Source of the DNA: Dehalococcoidia bacterium UBA2160 | GTDB lineage: Bacteria; Chloroflexota; Dehalococcoidia; Lucifugimonadales; UBA1123 | NCBI GenBank assembly: GCA_002328865.1 | Contig: DCWO01000139.1 | Coordinates: 27,633-91,632, forward strand | Length of the DNA stretch: 64,000 bases | Direction: 5' to 3' | Shown: positions 36,546 through 45,714 of the stretch, piece after piece | Numbering within the stretch: the first letter of the stretch is position 1 | How the letters are laid out: every line of letters begins with the position of its first letter | Notes under the pieces: generated by a model | What the model was told of the DNA's origin: nothing | The model's input: the letters and a program-made list of their open reading frames with translations, nothing else | Databases searched by the model: none | Program-made: the position numbers and the translations under genes

Positions 36546-38315
36546 TTGGCATCGACAAACCCGGGAGATCGTTCGCTGTTTCGCCGAATGGCGCTGCAGG
36601 CACGGCCCTACTGGAGCCACATCTCCGCCCTCCTGCTGTTGCGAATGTTCGGCGTGCCTCTTGCGCTGCTGACTCCGCTTCCGCTCAAGATCGCCGTGGA
36701 CAGCGTCGTGGGGTCGGACCCGATACCTGGTTTTGTGGCGCCGATCGTTCCCTCGGCCTTGTCCGAAAGCAATCTACGTTTGCTGGCTTTCGCGGCAGGT
36801 CTGCAGGTGGCCATCGTCCTGCTGGCGCAACTGCAAGAACTGGTCAGCAATGCGCTTCGTGCGATTGCGGGACAGGGGTTGGTCAAAGAGTTCCGATCGA
36901 TGCTCTTCGCCCACCTTCAGAAACTGTCGCTCCTTTATCATGACACGCAAGGTCTGTCCGACTCCGTCTACCGTGTACAACAGGACGCCCCTGCGATTCG
37001 AGAGATCGCCATCAACAGTGTGATCCCGACTCTGGCGTCCGCGGTCACTTTAGCCTCCATGGTGTTCGTCATCGTTCGCATCGATTGGCAACTCGCCGTG
37101 GTTGCCATGGCGGTGTCTCCCATACTGTTCGCGTTCGCCCGGTACTACAACAGCAGGATGCGCGGCCGGTACCGGGAGGCGCGCCGAACTGAGAGCGACT
37201 CCATCCGAGTGGTGCAGGAAGCGTTTGGCGCGTTCAGGGTGGTCAAGGCGTTCGGACGCGAAACAGGAGAGCAGGCGAGATTCGAAGAGCACGCCGATGT
37301 CGGCGTGAGAATGCGCGTTCGGCTGGGCGTCGCAGAAGGGGTCTTCGGCCTGCTTGTGAATCTGACCATCGCGCTGGGCACGGCGTTGGTGCTGTACGTT
37401 GGCGTTCGAAACGTCCTCAACGGCGTGTTGTCATTGGGCGACCTCTTGGTCGTGCTGGCCTACATCGCGCAACTCTACGCCCCGCTCAGGACGATAAGCC
37501 GCCAAACAGCGACGCTTCAGGCGTCGTTGGTGAGCATGGAGCGCGCGTTCGATCTCCTGGATGAGGCGCCCGACGTGTTCGACCCGGCGAATCCGGTTCC
37601 CCTGCCAAGGGCAAAGGGAGTCGTCGAGTTCCGCAACGTCTCGTTCGCCTACGGTGAAGGCCAAGCAGTGTTGGATGACGTGTCTTTCAGAGTCGAAGCT
37701 GGAACGAGGCTCGGCGTGTCTGGTCACACGGGCGCCGGAAAGACCACGGTCGCCAGTCTGCTCCCGCGCTTCTACGATCCGACGGCCGGAGTCGTATTAA
37801 TCGACGGCGTGGACACTCGCGACTACGCGCTGGCTGACTTGCGGGCGCAATTCGCCATCGTGTTGCAGGACCCGGTTCTATTTTCGAGCAGCATCGCCGA
37901 AAACATCGCCTACGGCCTGCCGGGGGCGTCGCAAACGGAAATCGAAGCTGCGGCGCGTGCGGCCAACATCCACGAGTTTGTCAGCGGGTTGCGCGATGGA
38001 TACGATACCCTGGTCGGCGAACGAGGAATGCGGCTCTCCGGCGGCGAGCGGCAACGGGTCGCGCTGGCGCGGGCGTTCCTCAAGGACGCGCCGATACTGA
38101 TCCTTGACGAGCCAACCAGTGCAGTCGACACGCAGACCGAGGCCGGAATCATGGAGACGATGGAGCGACTGATGGTAGGTCGCACCACGTTCATGATCGC
38201 GCACCGACTCAGTACGCTGGACTACTGCAACGCTCGGATGGAGATCGAAGACGGGGTCGTGGTCAGCGCGAGCGGAGACGTCGAAATGCGAGGACTGGCC
38301 GCCACGTCGGATTAG
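36546..38315 (+). CDS. ABC exporter, fused permease/ATPase (MsbA/type I exporter-like)
   Basis: 589 aa. N-terminal 6-TM domain. NBD motifs: GHTGAGKTT, LSGGERQRVALARAFL, ILILDEPTSAVD, IAHRLST. Confidence 0.92.
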   Translation: MASTNPGDRSLFRRMALQARPYWSHISALLLLRMFGVPLALLTPLPLKIAVDSVVGSDPIPGFVAPIVPSALSESNLRLLAFAAGLQVAIVLLAQLQELVSNALRAIAGQGLVKEFRSMLFAHLQKLSLLYHDTQGLSDSVYRVQQDAPAIREIAINSVIPTLASAVTLASMVFVIVRIDWQLAVVAMAVSPILFAFARYYNSRMRGRYREARRTESDSIRVVQEAFGAFRVVKAFGRETGEQARFEEHADVGVRMRVRLGVAEGVFGLLVNLTIALGTALVLYVGVRNVLNGVLSLGDLLVVLAYIAQLYAPLRTISRQTATLQASLVSMERAFDLLDEAPDVFDPANPVPLPRAKGVVEFRNVSFAYGEGQAVLDDVSFRVEAGTRLGVSGHTGAGKTTVASLLPRFYDPTAGVVLIDGVDTRDYALADLRAQFAIVLQDPVLFSSSIAENIAYGLPGASQTEIEAAARAANIHEFVSGLRDGYDTLVGERGMRLSGGERQRVALARAFLKDAPILILDEPTSAVDTQTEAGIMETMERLMVGRTTFMIAHRLSTLDYCNARMEIEDGVVVSASGDVEMRGLAATSD

Positions 38316-38401
38316 GTTCGCCGGTCCGATGGGCGCCATGCGCCGCCAACCCAGGACCGCGCTCGTGATGTCACCACAAGCACATTAAGGGGGAACGAAA
38401 T

Positions 38402-39238
38402 ATGCCGAAACACGGCGCAGTTGTCGGGGATGTGGAGATCGTCTCTTTATCGGACGGACACCTGGAGTTCGAAACCGGTAGCTTCTTCCCCAACGTGCCG
38501 GCCGAAGCATGGTCGGATTATCGAAACGGCCTTACGCCAGAAGGGCGCATTCTTATGAATGTCGGCTCTTTCGTGGTTCGATCCGATGAGCAGACGGTGC
38601 TGATCGACACAGGTCTGGGGACGGGCGACCATGGCCTCGAACACTCATCGTCTGGGAAGCTCATAAAGGACATAGCGTCCGTGGGGATCACGACAGGCGA
38701 GATCGACCTTGTGGTGTTGACGCATCTCCATTTAGACCATATAGGCTGGAACTTGATCCGGGACGATGACGTATACCGTCCGACGTTCTCGAATGCGAAA
38801 TACTACGTCCCCAAAGCCGACTGGGACTTGTTCACGTCACCTGCCGGGTTGCGGCGGTTCACCACCATCAAGCATCAGGTGGCTCCGCTGGAGCCGCTGG
38901 GGATTATGGAGTTCATCGAGGGCAGGCAGCAGATCACGGAGACGCTCTCGGCATGGCCGACACCGGGTCACACGCCAGGCCACACCAGCTTCCTCGTGTC
39001 GTCCGCCGGCGAGAACGCGGTGATCCTTGGCGATGCGGCCCATGTTCCGGCGCAAGCCCACCACGTCGAATGGAGCCCAGCGCCTGACCGAGACCCCGCT
39101 CTGTCTCATGCGAGTCGCCGAGAGCTGTTCGACTGGGCCGAGCGAGAGAACGCGGTAGTCGCCTCCGGTCATTTCCCCAAGCCCGGTTTCGGCCGATTCG
39201 AGTTGGCCGACGGCCGACGGGTGTGGCGCCCGATGTAA
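38402..39238 (+). CDS. MBL-fold metallo-hydrolase
   Basis: 278 aa. LTHLHLDHIGWN (HxHxDH), GHTPGH, SGHFP. Confidence 0.88.
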   Translation: MPKHGAVVGDVEIVSLSDGHLEFETGSFFPNVPAEAWSDYRNGLTPEGRILMNVGSFVVRSDEQTVLIDTGLGTGDHGLEHSSSGKLIKDIASVGITTGEIDLVVLTHLHLDHIGWNLIRDDDVYRPTFSNAKYYVPKADWDLFTSPAGLRRFTTIKHQVAPLEPLGIMEFIEGRQQITETLSAWPTPGHTPGHTSFLVSSAGENAVILGDAAHVPAQAHHVEWSPAPDRDPALSHASRRELFDWAERENAVVASGHFPKPGFGRFELADGRRVWRPM

Positions 39239-39638
39239 CCCGGTTCGAGATACCGAGCGTCGCGTGAGTTGTGGCCGCGCGAACCCATTGACCACCTCGT
39301 ACCATTAGTGGGATATTCAATCAAAGGGTTGTTGCGGATGCCCTCTAGTCATCCTGCCTGTCCCAGCCTGCTCCGACAGGACTCGCTCACCGAACAACGC
39401 GAAACTCATCGCTCTGCGACGCATGGTCGCCTCGATGGGCATATGCGCCTGCCTGCTCAGGCAGCGCACGCGGACGCTCGTTCGCTTGTCGTACGAAAGT
39501 GCTAGCTGCGTTCATCTGGCAGGCCGATGTTCGGCGGCGGCGTACATGGTTAAATGAAGTCATGGAATGGACGAACACAAGCAGGTTTCACCGCTCGCCG
39601 ACGTTGATGGACACGGTCCGGTCAAACCGAGGCATTGT

Positions 39639-40091
39639 ATGATGAACGTACGCCGTCTCGAGAAGAGCAGCACCGACAAGGTGATTGCCGGCGTTGCCGG
39701 AGGTTTAGGCGAGTACCTGAACGTTGATCCTGTTGTTGTACGCATTGCTTGGGTCGTGCTCTGCTTCATAACGTTCGGCGTAGCGCTGATTTTGTACATC
39801 GCGATGGCCATCATCATGCCGGGACAGCGGACGCCGATCGCCGAGCGTGGGGCGCCCGTGGCCGAATACGACGAATATCAGGTCGAGGACGGCGACGAAT
39901 CCGCGATGACGCTAAACGCACGGCGTGATCGACGCCGCAACGCCGTTGCAATCGGGCTGATCGTAATCGGCGGATTCGCGCTGGCATCCAACTTTGGTCT
40001 GCTGTCGTTCCTCAACTGGAGCCTGCTGTGGCCGGTCGTCATCATCGCTCTGGGCGGTTTCCTGCTTCTGGCCCGAACCCGAGGCCGATAG
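39639..40091 (+). CDS. PspC-domain membrane protein
   Basis: About 150 aa from ATG 39639 (GAGG upstream). KVIAGVAGGLGEYLNVDPVVVRIAWVVLCF is the PspC domain signature. Additional C-terminal TM helices are present. Confidence 0.85.
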   Translation: MMNVRRLEKSSTDKVIAGVAGGLGEYLNVDPVVVRIAWVVLCFITFGVALILYIAMAIIMPGQRTPIAERGAPVAEYDEYQVEDGDESAMTLNARRDRRRNAVAIGLIVIGGFALASNFGLLSFLNWSLLWPVVIIALGGFLLLARTRGR

Positions 40092-40094
40092 GGA

Positions 40095-40470
40095 ATGGAC
40101 GAGAACGCTACCCCGTCCGACGGTGACCGCCAAGACTCGCCGCTCGATCCGGAAGCTCGCAAGCCGCCGGAACAAGCCGCCATACCACCCGAGGGCGGGC
40201 GCCGAGGTCCCTCGTTCGAATCGGAAGCGAGCCAACATTCGGCGGAGAGCAGGGCTCCGTCCGATGGCGATCTCGAGGACCCTTCGCTCGATCCCGAGGA
40301 GGGTCCGCTCGAAGATAATGCCACACCATCTGAGAGCGATTCCGAAGACCCCTCGCTCGCGTCCCGGAAGTCGAACCGCAAGCCGACGAGCACCTCGCTC
40401 AGTCAGAGGGTGGTGATCGCTATCCGCCTGATCAGACAGGCGACGAGGGTCGGAACGGCCGGCGTCGCCG
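40095..40470 (+). pseudogene. acidic Pro/Ser/Asp-rich repeat region, probably the displaced N-terminus of the downstream LiaF-like gene (apparent frameshift)
   Basis: ATG lies 3 nt after the PspC stop. Three imperfect repeats occur (NATPSDGDRQDSPLDPE / RAPSDGDLEDPSLDPE / NATPSESDSEDPSLAS). After about 40390 this frame becomes Cys/Arg-rich and implausible. The frame of the next gene is open from 40334 and continues the acidic low-complexity sequence (...PQADEHLAQSEGGDRYPPDQTGDEGRNGRRRRRVPFFAILL). Confidence 0.5.
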
Positions 40471-40474
40471 CCGA

Positions 40475-41335
40475 GTGCCGTTCTTTGCGATTCTTCTCAT
40501 CGTTGTCGGCGCTGTGTTCCTCATGCATACGACCGATGTGCTGCCGTGGTCGATTTGGTTGGAGATGTGGCGGTTCTGGCCTGTCTTGCTAATCGCTATA
40601 GGCGTGAACCTGATAGTTGCTTCACGCGCGCCGATTGTGGCCGCCGCCCTGGTCCTCGCGATATTCGCGGGGTCCGTGGGCGCAGCCTACGCTATGACTG
40701 AGAGCGGCGGAGGCGGCCATCTCGTCTCCACGTTCAGCGAATCGTTGTCGGATGTCGAGCGAGCCGATCTGGAAATCAGTTTCGGAGCGGGGACTTTGGA
40801 ACTGACCTCGCTTCCGGCGGGATCGCCGTCTCTCGTCGAGGCCAGTTTCTTTGGCAGACGCGCGGAGACGACCGTCAGCAGGTCGGGCAATAAAGCCAAC
40901 ATCGGATTCGCGATGGACCGATGGGGCCTCTTCCATGGTGCAACCGACGTCCTCTGGGAAGTCGCCATGTCCGAATCGACTCGTTTGACGCTCGACGTCG
41001 AGGGCGGGGCCGCGAAAATGGTGCTTGACCTTCGACGACTCCAGGTGTCCAACCTGGATATCAACGTCGGGGCCGCCGAGGTGAGAGTCGTGCTTCCTGA
41101 AGCCGCCGGCATAGTCGACGTGGATCTTGGCGGGGGCGCCGCCTCCATAAATGTTGTGGTGCCCGACGGCGTGGCCGCGAGGATAGTGAAGTCTTCTGGG
41201 TTCAGCATCGTGGACATCGACACTTCCAGGTTCCCGAAGTTCGGAGATGTGTATGAGTCGCCCGGCTACGCCGCCGCGGAGAACCGCGTCGATCTGACCA
41301 TCAACATCGGAGCCGCGCAGGTGACTGTCCGGTAG
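40475..41335 (+). CDS. LiaF-like protein (DUF5668-type TM hairpin plus toast-rack/DUF2154-like domain)
   Basis: 286 aa from GTG. FFAILLIVVGAVFLMHTTDVLPWSIWLEMWRFWPVLLIAIGVNLI is the LiaI/LiaF-type TM repeat. The C-terminal beta-rich region has repeated GAGTLEL, GGAAKMVLD, GAAEVRVVLP, GGGAASINVVVP and GAAQVTV strands, typical of toast-rack domains. Confidence 0.8.
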   Translation: MPFFAILLIVVGAVFLMHTTDVLPWSIWLEMWRFWPVLLIAIGVNLIVASRAPIVAAALVLAIFAGSVGAAYAMTESGGGGHLVSTFSESLSDVERADLEISFGAGTLELTSLPAGSPSLVEASFFGRRAETTVSRSGNKANIGFAMDRWGLFHGATDVLWEVAMSESTRLTLDVEGGAAKMVLDLRRLQVSNLDINVGAAEVRVVLPEAAGIVDVDLGGGAASINVVVPDGVAARIVKSSGFSIVDIDTSRFPKFGDVYESPGYAAAENRVDLTINIGAAQVTVR

Positions 41336-41471
41336 GTTACGCGAACCGCATCGGACCCAATGTCATGCCGTTCGGCCGGACCGCAACTCACGGCCACGGG
41401 GTTGTCGGGGCAGTCCCGTCCACCATACAATGCTACTCGCTTGGAGTCAGGCATCGTGGGCGGAGGAGCAG

Positions 41472-42251
41472 ATGTTTTCGATAGACCTTTCCGGTAAGAA
41501 CGCCGTCGTCTTCGGCGTCGCCAACCAGCGCAGCATCGCATGGGCGATTGCACAGGCCCTTGACCGCGCGGGCGCCAAGTTGGTGCTTGCCTACCAGAAC
41601 GAACGCGTTTCGAAAAGCGTGGAGAAGTTGGCCGCCACGCTTTCGACCCCGGCGATGACCATCGAGTGCGACGTCAGCGCCGACGAGAACGTCGAATCGA
41701 TGTTCGCGCGCATCCAAGGCGAGCTCGGTCACGTCGAGGCCGTGGTGCATTCGATAGCCTTCGCCAATCGAGACGACCTGGGCGGCGGCTTCGTCGATAC
41801 GGGCAGGGAAGGCTTCCGACTGGCGTTGGACATCAGCGCATACTCACTGGTGCCCATAACGAGGTATGCGGCCCCTCTCATGGTGGAGAATGGCGGCGCC
41901 GTGCTGACCATGTCGTTTCTAGCGTCGGAGCGGGTCTTTCCCGGCTACAACGTGATGGGGACCGCCAAGGCGGCCCTGGAAAACGAGGTGCGGCAGCTCG
42001 CGTCGGACCTTGGCGGCGACAATATCCGCGTCAACGCTATATCGGCGGGACCGCTGGACACTCTGTCGTCCAGGGTCATCAGCGGATACCGGGACATGAA
42101 GCGAATCCACGCGGAGCGCTCGCCGATGGGGCGTAACATCACCCTCGACGAAGTAGCGAACACCGCTCTGTTTCTGTGCAGCGGCATGTCCAGCGGCATC
42201 ACCGGCGAGGTCATCCACGTCGACACTGGTTATCACATAATGGGGATCTGA
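41472..42251 (+). CDS. fabI: enoyl-[ACP] reductase, FabI type
   Basis: 259 aa from ATG 41472 (GGAGG 5 nt upstream). LSGKNAVVFGVANQRSIAWAIAQAL, AFANRDDL, YNVMGTAKAALENEVRQLA (Tyr/Lys catalytic pair), NAISAGPLDTL, TGEVIHVDTGYHIMG. Confidence 0.92.
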   Translation: MFSIDLSGKNAVVFGVANQRSIAWAIAQALDRAGAKLVLAYQNERVSKSVEKLAATLSTPAMTIECDVSADENVESMFARIQGELGHVEAVVHSIAFANRDDLGGGFVDTGREGFRLALDISAYSLVPITRYAAPLMVENGGAVLTMSFLASERVFPGYNVMGTAKAALENEVRQLASDLGGDNIRVNAISAGPLDTLSSRVISGYRDMKRIHAERSPMGRNITLDEVANTALFLCSGMSSGITGEVIHVDTGYHIMGI

Positions 42252-42254
42252 GCC

Positions 42255-42761
42255 ATGAACTGGGCCGAGACGATTGCGAGCTGTCTCAAGGACGCGGGCG
42301 TGTCGCTTGTCGCCTACGTCCCTGACATCAGCATCTACCAGGTGACCCGCCTGCTGGAAAGCGACGACTACTTCCATGTCGTGTCCGCGACCAGGGAGGA
42401 AGAGGCCATCGGGATCGCCGCGGGCGCCTACTCGACAGGCAGAAATGCCGCCGTTTTCATGCAGTCCAGCGGCATGGGCAACTGTGTCAACGCCCTCGCG
42501 AGCCTGTGCATCCCCTCCCGCATCCCGATACCCATGTTCATCAACATGCGCGGCGAGGTCGGCGAGTTCAACATCGCTCAGGTCGCCATGGGGCGGGCGG
42601 TGCGGCCAGTGCTGGACTCGCTGGGCGTCACACACCATACGCTGGACACGGTGGATCGACTGGAACTGCGCGTGAGCGGCGCACTGAAGCTCTGCTATTC
42701 GTCGCGACAGCCGCTGGCTCTTTGCATGACCCCTCTGCTGCATGGAGGGAAGATTGCTTAG
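42255..42761 (+). CDS. sulfopyruvate/phosphonopyruvate decarboxylase-type ThDP enzyme, alpha (PYR-domain) subunit, ComD-like
   Basis: 168 aa. VAYVPDISIYQV...ATREEEAIGIAAGAYSTGRNAAVFMQSSGMGNCVNALASL matches the N-terminal ThDP pyrimidine-binding domain of split ComD/Ppd enzymes. The start lies 3 nt after the fabI stop. Confidence 0.78.
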   Translation: MNWAETIASCLKDAGVSLVAYVPDISIYQVTRLLESDDYFHVVSATREEEAIGIAAGAYSTGRNAAVFMQSSGMGNCVNALASLCIPSRIPIPMFINMRGEVGEFNIAQVAMGRAVRPVLDSLGVTHHTLDTVDRLELRVSGALKLCYSSRQPLALCMTPLLHGGKIA

Positions 42762-43308
42762 GTTCAACGCGACGAAGATGCTGCTCAGGCACATGGGAGA
42801 TCTCCCAGTAGTCGCCAACCTGGGTCCCACGACCGATGAGCTGTGGCACGCGGGCCATCGAGATCGCAACTTCTACACCTACGGCTCGATGGGCCTTTGC
42901 TCTTCGATTGCACTCGGCATCGCGCTGTCGACGGACGAGAAAGTCGTCTCGCTTGACGGAGACGGTTCGCTGCTGATGAACATGGGAACGATCGGCACGA
43001 TTGGGCGCGAGAAGCCCGGCAATCTGATCGTTATCGTCTGGGACAACGAGCAATGGGCTCAGACTGGAAATCAACCCAGCCACACGGCATACGAGACCGA
43101 CCTCGAACAGGTGGCCCACGGCTGCGGCATCGCCCAGACGGCCACGGTCGACAACGAGGAAGAGCTGCAATTAGTGTTCCTCCAGGCGCTGGAAGAGGAC
43201 GGTCCCTGGTTCATCGTTGCCAAGATCGAAGAAGACGAGTACCTCCCAGTCGCTCCGATCGAGCCTGAGATGACTGTGTACCGCTTCAGAAAAAGCTTCG
43301 GCGCGTAG
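42742..43308 (+). CDS. sulfopyruvate/phosphonopyruvate decarboxylase-type ThDP enzyme, beta (PP-domain) subunit, ComE-like
   Basis: 188 aa. GSMGLCSSIALGIAL...VVSLDGDGSLLMNMGTIGTI...NLIVIVWDNEQW is the ThDP diphosphate-binding GDG-x24-N motif region. Overlaps the alpha-subunit gene by 20 nt. Confidence 0.78.
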   Translation: MEGRLLRFNATKMLLRHMGDLPVVANLGPTTDELWHAGHRDRNFYTYGSMGLCSSIALGIALSTDEKVVSLDGDGSLLMNMGTIGTIGREKPGNLIVIVWDNEQWAQTGNQPSHTAYETDLEQVAHGCGIAQTATVDNEEELQLVFLQALEEDGPWFIVAKIEEDEYLPVAPIEPEMTVYRFRKSFGA

Positions 43309-43318
43309 AGCTCTCGGT

Positions 43319-44623
43319 TCAAGCCGGTCCCGCCGTTTGCTGGACCGCGTCGGACGCCCCGGACGTCACTGCCGCGTCAGTCGGCTCCCGCAATGCTCGC
43401 ATGAGCGCCCCTGCGAGGAGGATGGCGATCACGCCCGTGCCCGACAACGCCTTGATCGCGAATGCAGGGCTGGTCGCTTCCGCGATGGCGCCGATGATCA
43501 GCGCGCCGATCGGACCCGCGCCGATTGCAAGCGACACCACGCCCAACGCACGGCCGCGCATCCCATCGCTGGCGGCCAACACCACGATCGTCCCCTGCAT
43601 CGTGCCGAAGCCTGACGCGCCGAATCCCAATCCGATGAGCACCGGCAACGATATCGCGTAGGTGCTCGATGTGGCGAACACAAACGCCATAACCAGGCCG
43701 ATGAACGAGCCGCCAACGAACACTCGGCCGTGATGCTTGACGGCGCCGAACGACGCAATCGCGATAGCGCCGAATATGGCGCCCAAACCGTCCGCGCCCA
43801 TGAGCAGGCCGATCAATCCGTCCCCGACGCCCAGGGTCTCGCGCGCAATGACAGGGATCATCTGGACGTACGGGAACAGCAGCAGGTTCATCAAGATCGT
43901 CACGACGACCGTGGCGAGTATCAGGTTGTTCGACTTAACGTAGGCGAAGCCTTCAGCCAGATTGCGCGCGATGCCGCTGGTTTCGGAAGCGACGTGACGA
44001 CGTGGAGGGAGCCGGACGATCCACACCAACGTGATCGCAACCGCGTAAAAACAGCAAGCGACGGCGTATCCGGTGGACAACCCGGATATGGCGATCAGGC
44101 CGCCTGCAAGTGTCGGGCCCGCCATTCGGCTTCCGTGCATCCCGACGGAATCCAAAGCCATGGCGTTAGTGACCCCGCCCCTTGGGAAAAGATCGTGCGT
44201 GATGGATCTCCGCGACGGCATGTCGAAAGCCCAAGCCATCCCCGTCATCATTGCTGTCGCGTAAGCGTGCCACAGAGCCACCTGGCCGGACAGCAAAAGC
44301 GCCAACATTGCCAGAGAGGCTGCCAAAGTCGCCGATTGCGTACCGAGCAAGAGACGTCGTCGGTCCACCCGATCGGCCAAGACGCCGCCGATGGCGCCGA
44401 ACGCCAGCAACGGCGCCATCGCAAAAAAACCAACGAGTGCAACTCGAAACGGCGACCCGGTCAGATCGAGTACGAGCAGACTTAGAAGAGTTAACTGCAT
44501 CCACCGGGTGAGGTACGCGCAGAAATTGGCTGGCCAGAGCAGCCGGAATACGCCATTGCGGAAGGCGTCGAACGTTTGCGGACCGCGGGCAGGTCTGGGA
44601 CGCAATGATGAAAGGTGTGCCAT
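43319..44623 (-). CDS. MFS transporter
   Basis: 434 aa, about 12 predicted TM helices. GGVLADRVDRRRLLL matches the MFS loop 2-3 motif. Confidence 0.88.
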   Translation of the reverse strand: MAHLSSLRPRPARGPQTFDAFRNGVFRLLWPANFCAYLTRWMQLTLLSLLVLDLTGSPFRVALVGFFAMAPLLAFGAIGGVLADRVDRRRLLLGTQSATLAASLAMLALLLSGQVALWHAYATAMMTGMAWAFDMPSRRSITHDLFPRGGVTNAMALDSVGMHGSRMAGPTLAGGLIAISGLSTGYAVACCFYAVAITLVWIVRLPPRRHVASETSGIARNLAEGFAYVKSNNLILATVVVTILMNLLLFPYVQMIPVIARETLGVGDGLIGLLMGADGLGAIFGAIAIASFGAVKHHGRVFVGGSFIGLVMAFVFATSSTYAISLPVLIGLGFGASGFGTMQGTIVVLAASDGMRGRALGVVSLAIGAGPIGALIIGAIAEATSPAFAIKALSGTGVIAILLAGALMRALREPTDAAVTSGASDAVQQTAGPA

Positions 44624-44913
44624 GAAACGTGTGTCGTCATTCTAACGAGGAGACGGGCGCAGTTAAAGGTGTCCCAGGGACACTAGTCGGTCCGCATTCG
44701 GGTCAACGTCTACGCATCCGAAGCGTTGTGTGGACTCGACGATCGAAGGGCGCCCGTCATGCCCTGACCGTGTGGGGCGATGAACGATTCTGTCTCGCGA
44801 CCCCGCTGCCATCGTTTCGTCTAGGCTGCGGGTTCGAGGCTCTAGAAATAGGGCGATGCTTGGCGCCGTCGATTTAACCTTAGCTGAGAAATCCCACCTC
44901 GGTGAGGCAACCG

Positions 44914-45714
44914 TCAAGGGATGGCAGAGAGCAGCACCGTTTCGAGCGTCGTGTTGGGGACCCACCCTTGAAGCTCCGGCGCAGCAATCGATATCCGAGC
45001 CCAGGCGTCTCGCACTTCGAGCAACTCGGTCTCGGCGCCGGCGTGGATCTCGAACTCGGTCGCGTATTGGACGCCGGGCCCGCTATGGACCTGCACCGAT
45101 TCGTCCAGTATCACGGCCGTCGAGTCCAACTCGGCGTCGATCCGGGACCGTCCCGCCATCGTCAGCGCGGTGAACGCCAGCAGCACTGACGCGCCAACAG
45201 CGACGCTCACGGCGATGCGTCTCGACCGGCCGACGGGTCCGATCGTCGCGGCCGCTACGCCGCCCATAACCGCTGCCCACAGCGCCAGGGCCGTCGCCGC
45301 GAGCTCGTTCGCTGACAACTCGGGCAACGCTCCAGCCAGATCCGCCAGAGCCCCACGGGAACCGGTGGACTCCATTAGATCGACGGTCTGTGTCCTGACC
45401 AGATCCAGGTTGGCGGTCAGGTCTTCGTCCCGAGGCGACAGCCTTTTGGCTCGCAGGTAATTCAGAATTGCGCGGCCGATATCGCCCTGCTTGTGGTACG
45501 TGTTGCCCAAGTTGTAGTAAATCGAGGCGTCCTCGTACCCCAGGGCGGAAAGCCGCTCGTACGATCTTGCAGCCTCGGCATATGCGCCGTCGTCGTACAA
45601 TCCGTTCGCGGCTGCAAATGCGTCGAGGTCTCCCGGAGCATCGGCTGCTGCCGTTGTGGCGTCGACGAATGCGACGAACAGCATGACGAGCAGCAGCGCG
45701 ACAGCGGCCTTCAT
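44914..45714 (-). CDS. BatE-like TPR plus SH3-type protein (last gene of Bat operon)
   Basis: 266 aa. Signal peptide, TPR repeats (AEAARSYERLSALGYEDASIYYNLGNTYHKQGDIGRAILNYLRAKRLSP), a TM segment, and a C-terminal SH3-like region (VHSGPGVQYATEFEIHAGAETELLEVRDAWARI...GWV). ATGA overlap with the upstream gene. Confidence 0.75.
   Translation of the reverse strand: MKAAVALLLVMLFVAFVDATTAAADAPGDLDAFAAANGLYDDGAYAEAARSYERLSALGYEDASIYYNLGNTYHKQGDIGRAILNYLRAKRLSPRDEDLTANLDLVRTQTVDLMESTGSRGALADLAGALPELSANELAATALALWAAVMGGVAAATIGPVGRSRRIAVSVAVGASVLLAFTALTMAGRSRIDAELDSTAVILDESVQVHSGPGVQYATEFEIHAGAETELLEVRDAWARISIAAPELQGWVPNTTLETVLLSAIP

Noticed and set aside
40095-40470. Tandem repeats considered as a possible CRISPR array or non-coding satellite
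   Set aside because: The repeats are degenerate and in frame, and they encode an acidic Pro/Ser/Asp peptide. There are no unique spacers of constant length and no cas genes in the window.
44800-44850. tRNA-like T-arm word (gcgggttcgaggc) in the MFS/BatE spacer
   Set aside because: The flanking bases do not form a T-stem, acceptor stem or anticodon arm. No cloverleaf can be drawn. I found no tRNA in any other spacer either.
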